Positions 1 through 14,108 of a stretch of 64,000 nucleotides of DNA are shown in pieces. The DNA is from Octopus vulgaris (lineage: Eukaryota). The stretch spans positions 100,874,001 through 100,938,000 of the forward strand of contig OX597815.1 of NCBI GenBank assembly GCA_951406725.2, written 5' to 3'. A program made the translations under genes and the position numbers. Positions within the stretch are counted from its first letter, which is position 1. Every line of letters begins with the position of its first letter. The notes under the pieces were generated by a model. It saw nothing but the letters and a program-made list of their open reading frames with translations. It was not told the DNA's origin and searched no databases.

Positions 1-212
1 TTGTCTCCTCTGTGTTTAGCCCCTTGTGGGTAGTAAAGAAATAGGTATTTCGTCTATCTTTACGTTCTGAGTTCAAATTCCGCCGAGGTCGACTTTGCCT
101 TTCATCCTTTCGGGGTCGATAAATTAAGTACCAGTTGTGTACTGAGATCGAGCTAATCGACTGGCCTCCTCCCCCAAAATTTCGGGCCTTGTATCTAGAC
201 TAGAAAAGAATA
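1..212 (+). mobile_element. tRNA-derived SINE (cephalopod-type)
   Basis: B-box-like GAGTTCAAATTCC followed by CGCCGAGGTCGACTTTGCCTTTCATCCTTTCGGGGTCGATAAATTAAGTACCAG; the same body recurs at 12703, 22395, 22617 and 34250. Confidence 0.85.
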
Positions 213-1649
213 TTTACTACTACTGCTACTACTTTGTCTGATTTAAGATTTTTTTGTTTCAGCTTCACTACCATTCAGAATTTTCTTCAAATTTTAGCTT
301 ATTGTGTCACAAATTCTCCATTAGTTTTCTTATCAGGTCATCCATTTTCCTCATACAATCTGATATGCATAAAGTTCGATTAAAAATTTTCTAAGCCATC
401 CCATAACGCCCCAAAATCCACGTTGTGGCGTATTGGATGTTTTATTTGATTACAAAGTCTTCTAAGGCTGAGTTTTAAGGTATTCGTCTCAGCACCATTT
501 CCTGGATACAGTTTTGCAGTTGCTTTCTATCCTTACAGGGTCACGAGGACTCGTATGTAACCGTATCCAACCATATATCTCCAAAAGTTGCATCGGAAAT
601 AACTACCTGCTTATATTGTGCTTTGTAAGTGACGTATAGTTAAGGGCTGATGTCGTCAAAGATGTCTCTGACAGTAATTCTTGTAGTAATATTTAGCATC
701 ACTTAAATGTGGATCTTCTGTTAGAACAAACTATACTGCGGTAGATATCATAAGAAAAACTCTCACATAGGCTTTTGGTGCAAAATGCACACTTGTTTAT
801 AAGGCTTGCGGGGAGATAAATCCTCGCCACCTCTAATGCCGAAACCACCAGATCACGTGATTTTGACCTTCCTTGGTATCGTCAATGATGAACGCTCGAA
901 CGCTGGAGATTCATTTCCCCACCAGCGATATATAGAATAAATGCCAGAACAGGCATTGGTGTCGTGATTAGCCAGTGAGCTTGTTATTAGTGACAGAGGT
1001 AGTATTAGTACCGAGAGGTAATATTTATTCCCACTTAAGCATGGATGTTCTGTTAAAACAAACTATATTACGCTAGTTACCATGAAAGAAACTCACATTG
1101 GCTTTTGGTGCAAAATGTGCACTTGGTTATTTTGCTAGCGGAGAGAAATTTGGTGGGACTCATATATGAACAAGTTGTCTCGAACAAATTGTCTTTGGAT
1201 TTACTCTGTCCTCTGTTTTAAAGATAACACTTATGGTGCCATACACATTCTTTCTACCAATAAAGATATCACTTAAAATATTTGCCAGGATTGCTTCCAA
1301 GTCTTCGTTTGATGGAACAAAGAAAGCTGTATCTTTGGTAAAGTATAAGTAAGTTATTTCCTTCTCGCACGTCACGGTGTGGTTGGCTGGTATCTGTCTC
1401 GTTATCAAAATGCAGTCAGGCTTTTGTGATCTCAGCAAAATATTTCACATGTAGGGTACATTTTGCTCCAAGGAACGTTTGTGAAAGATAGCAATCTGTT
1501 GTTATTTTCGTTCAACGTAGTATATGCATGTATATGGATATTTTATTTGTTACTGTTGCTGTTGTTTCTATTGTTGTTAAGCATGTTGTCTATTATGGTG
1601 TTTCTTAATTTTTCGTTTTACTGCTTTTGTTTGTGTATTAAAGCTTTGA

Positions 1650-4340
1650 AAAGTACAACGAAAATACGAAATTACAGAACAAAGTATACCTGAGATAAAA
1701 GAACAGCTGAAGCAAGATATCCTCGTCATAGCACAAAGAATCTGTCGGTATGAGAAACTCCAACGATTCTTTGAACACAACAGACAGCTCAACTTCACGC
1801 CGAAACGATTCTACCAAGAACCTGGCAAAAATAAAATAGTGATCAATGCAGTACCAACAGCAGAAGAAGTGAGGAATTGTGGAAAAAAAGTATGGTCGGC
1901 GAAGGAACAACCTCAGAAAAAAATCTATTCAAAATATAAAGACAGCATCTGAACAACTTCGGATGCCTGTAACAACGGAAGAAGTCACTAAGGGACTGCA
2001 CAAACTAAGCAACTGGAAGGCGCCCGGCCACGACAAGATCCCCAATTTTTGGTTTAAATATTTATTAGGAATACACAAGGCGATAGCCGAGACATTCAAT
2101 GAGATACTAACAGGGACAGAGACAACGCCTGAATGGCTCACAGAAGAGAAAACCATCCTAATTTCCAAATGCACTGAAACGACAAATCCACAAAACTACA
2201 TAGCCATAATATGTTTCCCTACAATTTTCAAAACCCTAACTGTAATAGTACAGCAGAGAATGGACAAACATCTGGAAGAAAACAACTTGTTTCCATAAGA
2301 GCAGAAGGTATGTTGCAAAGGTTCATATGGCTGTAAAGATCAGTTATTAATCAATAAAGCCATGATCGATTTTCGAAAGGCTTTTGACAATATTCTCCAC
2401 ACAAGGATCCAGGAAACACTAACCACGAACAAGGTAGTACCAATAATAATAAAATATATAAATCATTTCATGAGTAAATGGCAAACAATGCTGCAGCTCC
2501 AGACAAAAGAGGGACTCACAAAAACTAAAGTCATCCCCATTAGAAGAAGAATATTCCAAGGAAACTTGCTCTCTCTACTCCTTTTCCACCTGACACTGAT
2601 ACTTTTAACTAAAATTCTAAACTGAACTGGTTATGGATACAACTGTTACAGTAAAGCAATCAACCATCTCTTGTATATGGATGATTTAAAACCGTATGAT
2701 GCAAATGATAAACAAGTGGAAATATTACTACATACAATGTATGGATTTATCAAAGAAATAAACATAAAATTCGGTTTAGAAAAATGTGTCAAAGCAACCA
2801 TGAAAAGAGGAAACTAGTTAACAGTAACAATATCACACTAGATAAAGCAAATGAAATAAGAGAATTAGACCAAAGCCAGACATGCAAATATTTAGGGATC
2901 AATAAACTAGATACGATACAACACAGACGAATGAATGGGAAGATAAGGAAGGAATACTATAGACGAGTTAGATTAATACTAAAAACAGAACTCAAATCGA
3001 AAGACAAGATGATAGGTATCAACACTCTAGCCGTCCCAGTTATAAGTTACAGTTACAATATTCTTAACTGGACTCTAAATGAACAAATCAAACTAGACAG
3101 GAAAACAAGAAAAATAATGACAGAACTTAGGATGCACCACCCAAAATCTGACATAGAAAGATTATATATACAACGAATTTAAGGTGGTAAAGGCCTTATA
3201 CAACTAGAAAACTCTTATAAAATAACCACCATAGGATTACAGAAATATCTAATTCAAAAGCTAGGAAAACTGATATAAACAACCACAAAACACGTGCAAA
3301 ACAAAAAGCTGTTTTCTGTCTTTAAGGAAACTGAAAAATAGAAGAAAGAAGTCATAGTACCTGATAACTATGAAGAAAAGAAGAAACAACAAAAACTGTA
3401 AAACAACTGAAATCCAAACCAAAACTGGAACAGCAAAATGCCATGATAAAACGATGGTAAGAAAAGCCTTTACATGGCAAATCGGGAATAAGTTAAACGG
3501 AAAATAAATAGACAAAGTAAAATTCTTTTGGACTCAAAGCAGAGACTGAAGGATTTTTAATTGCAGCACAAGATCAAAGCCTCCTCACCAGAAACCACAG
3601 GAAACTCATAATGAAGAAAAATATAACAAATAACTGTAGAATATGCGGTGATGGGGAAGAAACAATAAATCATATTGCCTCTGGCTGCCCAGTCCTGCCT
3701 AAGACGGAATATATCCACAGGCATATCACAGTTGGAACCTATATACACTAGAAGCTATGGAACATTATGGAATGACAGCAGAAAGAAGATGGTATAGGTA
3801 CACTCCAGAAAAGTCTCAGAAAATGACAAAGCAACTACACTCTGGGATATGCAAATACACACAGAGAGAGAAATTCAGGCTTATATACCAGATATAGTTG
3901 TCAGAGATCATTCAGGCTTATATACCAGATATAGTTGTCAGAGATCATCAAGAAAAATGCCTTCTAATCGATGCATCAATCCCAACAGATGATGATGTAT
4001 CTCTAAAAAGAGTAATTCTCAAAATACAGAAATCTGGAAGTAGAGATAACTCAAATGTGGAGCTTAAAAGCAGAAGCCATACCTATAATAACAGGTACAT
4101 TAGGTGTGATTAAAAAACATTCAGACAAATTTCATAACTAAAATACTAGGACTTATGAATACATATAAAACAAAAAATGACACTACTAGGCACCGCACCC
4201 ATCTTACGTAAACTACTTGCAAAAAATAACAGCAACAAAACAAACTACAACACATAACCAAGTTACACAGAACTGCGCTCGGTAGCGCTATGAAAACACG
4301 TGTAAAAAATTACTACTGAATAATAATATAAATAAATTTT
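1650..4340 (+). mobile_element. Decayed R4/Dong-clade non-LTR retrotransposon (RT + CCHC + restriction-like endonuclease)
   Basis: Frameshifted fragments NWKAPGHDKIPNFW, IDFRKAFD, IFQG, YMDDLK, KYLGI, HPKSDIERLY, CRICG..ETINHIASGC, PDIVV..CLLID; ends in a TAA-rich tail at about 4320-4340. Confidence 0.85.
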
Positions 4341-4427
4341 ATTATAATAAACCATTTATTTTTTATTTGTTTTCTGATCTTGTTCGTTTTTATTTAAAAA
4401 AATAAACATCTCATTACATAGCTAGTT

Positions 4428-4533
4428 GAGGTAGTAGTAGTAGTAGAAAGAGAAGAAGAAGAAGAAGAAGAAGAAGAAGAAGAAGAAGAAGAAGAAGAAG
4501 AAGAAGAAGAAGAAGAAGAAGAAGAAGAAGAAG
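4428..4533. repeat. (GTA)n/(GAA)n microsatellite
   Basis: Direct inspection. Confidence 0.95.
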
Positions 4534-4817
4534 AGGAGGGGGGACAAAGAAATGGTCACAGATAAATTCCAAACAATTAAGGAGCGTTCAGAATTCGAAG
4601 GTGGAATACTAGGGGTGGGGTTTGGAGAGTTGGAAGAAGGTGCTATTTGTAACCCCTTTCCGCTCTACATATCCTTTTCATTATCAGGCAGAGATTGAAG
4701 TGAACTTTTTTTCTCTTTGAGCCATTCACTTTCAAGTATAACTTCAATCGAGGGTCTCTTGATATAATTATAAGTAAATATACAACATATTACTTTTGAA
4801 ATAGTTTGCAATGCGTG

Positions 4818-4950
<133 letters not shown>

Positions 4951-5026
4951 TTCTCACACAATTTTTTTGCGTACTTCTTTCTAATAAAAAACATTTGATG
5001 CTTGTGAACTGTAGTTGTATAGCATA

Positions 5027-5434
5027 AAAGGTCTGATCAATAAGTATCCGAACTGTTGCCATAGTAACAAAGCTAAACCACGCAGAGTGAAGCCGCTTGG
5101 CAAAGATTGACCTTGAACTCTGCTGTGCATGCGCACTAAGTCTTAATGTTCTAGCTCACTTCCGCTGTTTACTGCAGTACTTGGAAGGAAGATGTGTCAT
5201 TGACCCTGACAAAGAAAGTTGTCATGGCGATACCTACTCAGAGGCCTACGCAAAGTTGCAGAAAGTGTATGGAGAGGAGTGGCAATAGTCCGGATACTGT
5301 GGCAATAGTCCGGATACTGTGGTAATAGTCCGGATACTGTGGCAATAGTCCGGATACTGTGGCAATAGTCCGGATACTGTGGCAATAGTCCGGATACTGT
5401 GGCAATAGTCCGGATACTTATTGATCAGACCACA
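5027..5434 (+). mobile_element. Internally deleted mariner (MITE) with 7x 20-bp tandem repeat
   Basis: TIRs GGTCTGATCAATAAGTATCCG / CGGATACTTATTGATCAGACC, TA flanks, transposase N-terminal remnant EAYAKLQKVYGEE. Confidence 0.85.
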
Positions 5435-5689
5435 TACGTCATCTTATCAGAATTTTCTGTCCAATCTCGATATGGGACGAAGTGTTTTTGATGTATTGGT
5501 TAATAAACTTATCAATTAGTGATTCATTTGTATTTTTTGTACAAGCCTAGTTCATATTGGGAGGTAACCAGCTGCTTTTACCACGATTTATAGATTGATA
5601 CTGTTACATTACATTCACATAAATATATAGATAAACACATACAAATATATGCATGCGTATGCATGTGTGTATTTAGATATGTATATATA

Positions 5690-6922
5690 TTGTGTCGTCC
5701 CATAAATAATGCAGTATTTTCAATTGTATGAACTAAAAGTCGGAGGGGCACAGGATAAACTACCTGCCCCAACTTGCTATTAAAACCAGTGGTAATTTTA
5801 CCTTGTCCTTATTCTTAGTGCAAGTTTTGAAAAGTGCAGTTCGATTTTAACAGTTATTTTTTCAAAGGTATAATGGAAGTGATAAAGGAGCATATTAGGA
5901 ATATTTTGCTTTGAGTTCAATAAAGGCAACAAACGCAACGAAAGTGCGATAAATATTAATGCAGTATGTGGGGATCGGACAATAAACGTGAGCCAGTTTC
6001 AACGGTGGTTCCAGAAATTCCGAGCCGGAAGCTACAGTCTAGCAGACGAGCCTCGTCCTGGAAGATCTGTAAAGCTGAACGAGAACGTCCTACAAACCCT
6101 GGTGGAAGATAATCCATTCGTAACTGTTGAGGAACTAGCAGAGAAGCTTGGATTTGATCATTCAACCATTCATTGACATCTGCGTGCCTTCGGAAAAGTC
6201 AGCAAATTGGGTCAAAGTCTTTCTTACAAACATTACAAGTCTAATCGCGCGCAGAGAGTGAATGTGTGCTCTGGTTTGCTGTCACGTCTCACAAATGAAC
6301 CAATTTTTTTTACCGAATAGTGACTGGTGACAAGAAATGGGTTATCTATAAAAATATCAAGCGCCGAAGCCAGTGAGTAGAGAAAGGAGAAACACCGATA
6401 AACAGGGTCAAAAAAGGTCTTCACCCGCGTAAGGTGTTGTTATCTGAAAGGTTAAGTCCGTTTTGAACTTTTAAACCGACACCAAACGATAAAAAAGGAG
6501 ATCTATTGCTAGAACGACCATCTTTGGTTTCAAGACGAAAAATGTTCTCTCATGAAGACAATTCTCGGCCACATACAGCGACATTCCAAAAGCTGGAACA
6601 GTTTGAATGGGAAATAATACCCCACCCACCATATTCGTCGGACGTTGCCCTATCTGATTATCATATGTTTCGCAGTCATCAAAATCATTTGGACGGAAAA
6701 AATACGAATTCTGTAGACGTGGTTAAAACAGTATTGGAGGAGTATTTTGCGTCACAGACAAATAGATTTTGGAAGAGGTGCATTGCAAGTATGCCAGATA
6801 TATAAAAGAGCATTGTAGAAAATGAAAGAGAGTATATTTTAGATTAAAAATAGAACTTTGTTTATCTTAATTTTGAAAAATATAAGAAGTATAGAAAAAT
6901 CTCATAATATATGGATGACCAT
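5690..6922 (+). mobile_element. Full-length decayed mariner transposon
   Basis: HTH fragment QRWFQKFRAG..DEPRPGR, TGDKKW, HEDNSRPH, HPPYSSDVALSDYHMF; degenerate TIRs at both ends within TA context. Confidence 0.9.
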
Positions 6923-7655
6923 ATATATATATATATATATATTCAGATGAATATGGTATTTAAGTTGAGGCACCAGTATTAGCCATACAATTTCAAAATA
7001 AGGTGATTAAAATCAAAACAAGCAACAAGGATATCCAGAGGTAATGTAGTACGATCGTTTGATGCAACTCTATTTAATTGAACAATGCAATCATTACATC
7101 ACTTTAAAATATAACTTCTATGCTGAAGTAGAGACAACATCTTCTTTGTCTATCTCCTTAACTTCTTGGAGATTTGAGGTATAATTATATTAATGTGTTC
7201 ATCTGTACTAATTTAATTAAATTCTATATCTTTGTGCAGCTAAAGATTGCTCTACATTTTAAATCGATGTAATGATTGCATTGTTCAATTGATAATATCT
7301 ATCCAATATACTGCTGGTAGAATACCCAATTATTAATACACAAATGTTTTTATTGTATTGCAGTTACATTACCTACTGTACTAAATGAGTGAAGGTAAAG
7401 AGATATTTTACCATTAATTTATAGACCAATAAGAAAATGAAGGGGCTTAATAGGTGGTTCATTAACTTTTAGAGATTATATTATGTCAACTTATTTTTTT
7501 ATTTACTAAACTGACAATTACAAGAATATAGATACATGTATAACATATTATGCTTTACTATAAGATATAAAATATATTAATATATAAAGACACCAGTAAT
7601 TATTACAATATAACATACATGTATGTATGTATATATATATATATATATACATACA

Positions 7656-7769
<114 letters not shown>

Positions 7770-7848
7770 ACAACAAAGCCAAGGCAGAGTGAAATTTCTA
7801 GGACCTTTTAAATGTCCTAGAAATTCCACACTGCCTTGGCTTTGTTGT
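7770..7848. repeat. 35-bp-stem palindrome abutting a (TA)n array
   Basis: ACAACAAAGCCAAGGCAGAGTGAAATTTCTAGGAC pairs with 7814-7848 (2 mismatches, 9-nt loop). Confidence 0.9.
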
Positions 7849-8149
7849 TTCATTTTATTTTACGTATACACGCTCATACACGACCCACATTAGACTCCTT
7901 ACTCATACTATTATTGGACCGGGCGTCTAACTACGGTCCTTCCGTAGCACTTACATAGCTTTACCAGCCATTTTGTGTCTTCTGGATACCAAAACCTCTT
8001 ACACACACACACACACACATGGTTTCTCGCCGGTACCGTGGTATGTGGACACAGTGTTCCTCAGCGGAATTCCATAGAGGTTGTTGGGGTGTTTATTATA
8101 CATATGTAAGTGTATACATGTTTATTATACGTATGTAAGTCTATACATA

Positions 8150-9300
8150 ACCGTTTGGCTAATCGTCCGTAGTTGTATTTTGTAAGTATTGTATAGCACA
8201 GAAACATGCCGCGCGTATGCACGAGCTTCCATAGCTATCTTTCCACCCCCATCCCACCATGGCTTTGTTGAGTATTTTGGTTTCAAAATCAACTTTCTGT
8301 AAGATAGGGTTGATCTTGCTGGGAAACCGTTGCAGACGGTTTCAGTGGGGAATGAATTTGCTTTCCATCTTATGACAAAATCTACTTGAATCAAATACTG
8401 GTGCTGGGCTTTCTTCAGTTATTGGAAGACGTCAAAGCCATCTCCCTATCAGTCAGCGTATATACAGTATATTCTTTTATGCTTCTGGACAGAAGAACGA
8501 TGTATGGTTGGCTGGATGTTACTGTTATTTCTACTGGCATCACGAGTCTTCCTTTCATCTCTCACTCAGAGGTTCGGTGCCAAATGGAAAGCTCTGGGTT
8601 TCCCATTGTCGATTCTGCTTTAGGAGCTTTATCGGAAATTGAAACTTTTGGTTGGTGATATGTTACTTGTAAGCTTTTCAAGTCTCAGCAATTCCGTATA
8701 TTTGTCAATTTCTACTATGAACTCGCCATACATTCACCGCTTTTCTAATGCTTCAATATCTTCAGTCAAAATGAGCCTCAGGTTGCAAAATGTTGTTCGA
8801 AATTGCTTGCAGGATAGGTATTCTCTCTCTTTTTTTTTTACTTTTGCCCAAAATTTTTAGGTTGTTTGGAGCGCTGGCAAGAAGTCAGCCACAGCAAACA
8901 AAATAAATGGCAATTTGCCTTGATCTCTTTGAATTTCTTGTTAGAACAGATTGCCTAGTCAAAATGTACCTGAAGGTTAGCCTTGCAGCCCCTTGGTACT
9001 GCATTACGAGTTCAGTTTTGTCTCTGGCATTGGCATTAGCATTGGCCAACGTTTTGATGATGTAGTTAGTCAAAATGTACCTGAAGGTTAGCCTTGCAGC
9101 CCCTTGGTACTGCATTACGAGTTCAGTTTTGTCTCTGGCATTGGCATTAGCATTGGCCAACGTTTTGATGATGTAGTGAAGTCCTAACTGTACTCGACAA
9201 GCTACCACAGCAATCTCTAGCAGCCTCTAGTATGCTTCTACTTTCTATACTGCTTTCTGTCGCCGTTTATAGTCTCGATGGTATATCTGCATTTTTCACC
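8150..9300 (-). mobile_element. Decayed HERO-like (RLE) non-LTR retrotransposon 3' part, with exact 111-bp tandem duplication (8956-9066/9067-9177)
   Basis: Minus-strand MKGRLVMPVEITVTSSQPYIVLLSRS (PD-IV-L motif) and WKANSFPTETVCNGF (FPVEVGCRGF-like), plus QYQGA. Confidence 0.6.
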
Positions 9301-9321
9301 TTCAGATGCTTATGTATCTGT

Positions 9322-9360
<39 letters not shown>

Positions 9361-10188
9361 ACGCACGCACGCTCTATTTCTGTAAGCTGTGGTTAACGCG
9401 TGTGCGCCGCTTTGCATTTGTATACACGGCTTATATACGTGTGACAAAATTTATATGCAGTCATTCTTGTTTAATTCCAGGCTAGTCTGATCATGATCAC
9501 CTATAATCAAGAGCATTCTAATCATAACCATCTCGACATTTTCTATATCTGGAACAATATCATTCAATATGCCCTTCTTTTCTGTAACACGGTAATATGT
9601 GGTTTCAGAGAAATTTGGCTGTTATTTCTAGTTTGTGAAAGCCAACACACAGAGGATCCCTCTTTAGTTTGTGTGAGCTATTCTGTATTCGTATGTTTTT
9701 TCATTAATGCGAACTGCCATGTAGACATATTCTCATGTTTGCGCGGACTTGTGCATGTGAGTGCTTTTAATTTGTTTGCACACGTGTACAAGATAATGCA
9801 TGCCCGAATGTATGCGCGCATGAGAAACCTAGCATGTTTGTATGAATGTGTGTTCATAGAGTATTTGTATATATTCGCTTTAGGCGCTTGTGTATGTCTT
9901 GATTTAAGAAGCTGCATGTTCTTGCATGAATCTCTAAACTGTAGAATTCATAAACAAAATTCTGCAGCTTGTATCTTTACTGCACCATAACTATATATTT
10001 TCATTTAAACAATTCTTGAATATATTCATTGAGAACTTTATCATGAAACCTTTTAATTTTCAGATATAAAATGTGAAGCAAGGGGAGCGGGAGGAAGAGT
10101 AAGAGGAAGAAAGAAAGAGAGGGAGAAAGAGAATAGATAAGACTGAGAAAACAAGCAGAAAAGAAGAACAGAAATGAAAACACAGGCA

Positions 10189-10260
<72 letters not shown>

Positions 10261-10413
10261 TATTAAATTTCGAATTAAAAGCCACTCTAAGAATGTAAAC
10301 ATTATCGGTTGCACATACATACAGTATGTGTTGTATTCATCCACTTTACTGCAGCGAATGGGTGTATAAACAAAACACGTACACTATGATTGTGCGACCG
10401 ATGTTTATACATA

Positions 10414-11108
10414 CGTCGTCTGATCAATAAGTCGCCGGACTGCTGCTATAGTGACGAAGGTAAAGCACGCAGAGTAAAGCCGCTTGGTACAAATTGACCG
10501 TGATCTCTGCTGTGCATGCGCACTAAGTTTTAACGCTCTAGTCCACTTCTGCTGTTTACAACAGTGATTGGAAGGAACGTGTATAGCGTGTTATCGTCTC
10601 ATTGACCATGAAAGAATAAGGTGAGCAGAGAATCGGCATCAAATTTTGTCAAAAGCTTGACGATGCCTGTTCAGACGCCTACGCAAAGTTTTCAAAAATT
10701 TCCATCGTTCTCGACACGATCAAGGAGATCTTGTGCAACAGAAACCCGAGTGTCCTTTTGGTCAGCTGAAAGCTGTTTTGGCACAAACTTGGTAGACATG
10801 CGTTTCATACCCATATCTTAAGTGATAATGGATTGAACTGAACCATAACTAATTTGCACATCCTCTAATAACTCACGGATGGTGATTCGACGATTTCTCC
10901 TAACACATGCACGCACATCTGCGATATTCTTCCCAGTTCTGCTGGTTGCGGGACTCCTAGAATGTTCATCAATATCGACAGATTTTCGGCCATCTTGGAA
11001 ACGTCTGAAACACTCGTACGCTTGCGTGAGGCTCATACACTCCTCTCCATAAAGTTTCTGCAACACTGCATAGGCCACTGGGCAGGCATCACCATGACAA
11101 CTTTCTCA
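10414..11108. mobile_element. Two convergent fragments of the mariner family seen at 5027
   Basis: Left TIR CGTCGTCTGATCAATAAG plus 5' region on + (to about 10697), then minus-strand transposase AYAVLQKLYGEECMS...ITIREL...SYGSVQSII. Confidence 0.8.
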
Positions 11109-11595
11109 TGTCTCTATATATTTTATGCTTGTATGTTCTCTTTCTCTTCTTAATTTAGAATACATTTTGACTGGCCACCTGCTTAATAGCAAGATTGTGA
11201 AGAAAAGCTCTTGTTGTTTTTCATCATCCTTTAAATTTTAAGGTCTTGCAAATTTTTATTGTCCTAGGGATCGTGATCATTTGAAGTATATGAGTTTAGG
11301 ATTTAGGTTCTCTTCCCAAGAACCCAAGTTCAGCCATACTTTGCTCCAGACGGGTTGGTAAGAATTATTTTGCTCCAATAATAATAGATGAAAAGCTGAA
11401 AGTGTACCATGGGTATTGGATTACTAAACACCTCATCAATTGTCCATAAATGTCATGTTTTTATGCTTTCTCTAACCTCATGTTTTCTCTAACCACAAAG
11501 GTGACCACAGGACTGTTGATTTCCACAACATAACACATCCTTCCATTGTCGTCCCACAAAAATATCTGGTCGGTTGTGTTTTAACTTAGTGGCCG

Positions 11596-11629
<34 letters not shown>

Positions 11630-11972
11630 TGTATGTATGTATGTATGTATGTATGTATGTATGTATGTATGTATGTATGTGTGTATGTATGCATGTGTGT
11701 GTTTGTGTGTTTGTGTGTGTGTGTTTGTGTATGTATAAGAATCGTTTCGTGGGATATTACGTCATAATTGCTTCATTCACTCATCAGCGCCATCTCACAA
11801 TATATTCACAATACAATCAGTTCTATATATTTTCGTTTCCATTCAAAACGGTCATCGATAGTTTGTGCACCTGATGAGTGAGTTACGTAATTGCCACATA
11901 AACATATGAAATGATTAGCAATTATTCTATTACGCTATAATAAGTGCTATCAACCTGGCGTTGATGGCCTCA

Positions 11973-13880
11973 CCTATTATAATAAACGTGCAATTCCGTC
12001 TGTCTGTCGAGGACCCTTGTATCTCAATCTACATTTGCTCTACATAGACATATTATACCATTTTGGAATCAGATGATCCCAGGATTGAAAATATGTCCTT
12101 CATTTGGTTCTTGAACATCCAGCATTGGGATCAGGTCTGGATGAGGATTTGTTATATGCTAAGAGATGAAAATCCAAATTTCAAAAGAACTCCCAAAATT
12201 TGTGAACTTACAAGTTTTCATTTAAACTGAATTTAAAGTAATAGCAAAACTGTGAATGAAAAAAAATATTTTCAATTCAGTTCAATTAAAACTAGATCCA
12301 AGTTAGAGTGAGAGATTTCATGTTCGTGAAGTTTCGAAGTTCTGCAGAGTTTGTGAAGTGAAATGCTCGGAAGGAAATACTGAAGAACTCGAACTTTCGG
12401 CCCACATCGGACGTCCGCCCAAGTCAAACTTTCGGCCTAGTCGGATTTCCGGCTGGATCGAACTTTCGATGGAGTTAGTTTATTCGCAGATTTGGATGAT
12501 GGAAGATTTTCAGCTCAGCTAATGAATCTGGGAAATGGAAGCATTCAAGCAAAACAGTAATAGAGACATCACTTTTCCAAATGACAGTGACATTTTGGTT
12601 TAAACTGTAGAAGAATTGATTACCAGGATTTACCCAAACATTGGACATAATTTTCAAGATCAGGATTGGCTTGGTGAAAGAGCCCTACTTGCACCAAAGA
12701 ATCTTTTCTACTCTAGGCACAATGCCCGAAATTTTTGGGGAGGGAGCCATTCGATTAGATCGACCCCAGTACGCAACTGATACTTAATTTATCGACCCCG
12801 AAAGGATGAAAGGCAAAGTCGACCTCGGCGGAATTTAAATTCAGAATGTAAAGACAGACGAAATACCGTTAAGCGTTTCGCCCGGCGTGCTAACGTTTCT
12901 ACCAGTTCGCCGACTTACTTGCACACCAAAGAATGAAACTGTCCAAGTTGTCAATTGGAAACTTATGCAGTCAATCAATACCGAAGAAGAAAAAAATCTC
13001 AATTGATACAGTTATGGACTCCAATGTGGCTGTGAATTATCTTAGTGGGTTCCTTGACTCTTTGGCTCCTCCTGGAATGCCTTCTCACAAACTGACATTG
13101 AGGAAAGGAATTTCAATCATGCTTTTGAGAAATCTAGAAGGCTGTGCAACGGAGCAAAACTGAGTGTCAGACAAATGCATCCATATATTTTGGAAGCATC
13201 AATTCTCACTGGACAAGGAAAGGGGAAAAAATGTGTTTATTCCAAGAATTTCACTGATTCCAGCAGACATATCCTTTGAATTCGAGAGGCTTCAATTTTC
13301 AGTAAGAGTTAGTTTTGCAATGTCAGTTAACAAGAGTCAAGGACAATCACCGAAAGTTGTTGGACTTCACCTCATGCAACAATGCTTTTCCCATGGTCAG
13401 CTCTATGTTGGTTGTTCCAGAGTTGGAAATGGCAACAACCTGTTCATACTCACTCCAAGTGGTAAAACCAAGAATGTTGTTTATCTTACTGCTTTACAGT
13501 GATCTCTCCAAATGTCACAGTGATACAAAATTCTCCAAATGTGATACTCTGTGATATAAATATGAGATAGTAGGGTACCAATAAATGTGTTATTATTATT
13601 GCTCTCCTTAATTTTGGACCGCAGGCCCAATTAGCCCTTTACAGGAGCTGGCTTATAAGTTCACATGGAGTGGCTTATAAGTCCACATGTGGCAATGAAA
13701 ACACGTTTGTTGAAGAACCCTGAATGAAGGTGCACGGAAGATTATCCAGAGTCGCATGTGTAACCGCACATACTGTGCAGCAGAAACAAGTATCGGTCAT
13801 TGCAAACAAGTAATTCTACTGTATGACCAAGTATGAAATAAAAATAAAAATTGATACGTAGTATATTTGTATTTTTGATA
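11973..13880 (+). mobile_element. Helitron remnant with PIF1-like helicase C-terminus
   Basis: Helitron-like 5' end CCTATTATAATAAA; ERALLAPKN, PPGMPSHKLTL..IMLLRNL, RLQF.VRVSFAMSVNKSQGQS, FSHGQLYVGCSRV, TKNVVY (stop at 13502). Confidence 0.9.
12703..12915 (-). mobile_element. Full-length tRNA-SINE inserted in the Helitron helicase, with TSD
   Basis: TSD TACTTGCACCAAAGAAT (12686-12702) / TACTTGCACACCAAAGAAT (12916-12934); body matches the SINE at 1-212. Confidence 0.9.
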
Positions 13881-14074
13881 ATTTTTGAAATCTACATCCC
13901 CGATAATATTCATAATCCAGAGGAGCAAATCCGTCAGAATAATTACAGCGTGATTGCGAATACTCAGCCATCATTGATGATTATTACTACATGATGCAGT
14001 TAGCCATAACCTTGGATACACCTCGGAGCTACCACAGTAATCGCTTGGATAATTTTATTCCTATACACTTACAT

Positions 14075-14108
<34 letters not shown>

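Noticed and set aside
5279-5418. CRISPR-like regular repeat
   Set aside because: No spacers; contiguous 20-mers inside a mariner in eukaryotic DNA
9255-9290. Minus-strand IYHRDYK as a possible kinase exon 3
   Set aside because: Lacks the HRDLKxEN/DFG context and splice support; another frame fits the HERO relic
11871-11910. CTGATGA-GTG...CAC hammerhead-like motif
   Set aside because: GAAA and the cleavage triplet are not intact; at best a relic
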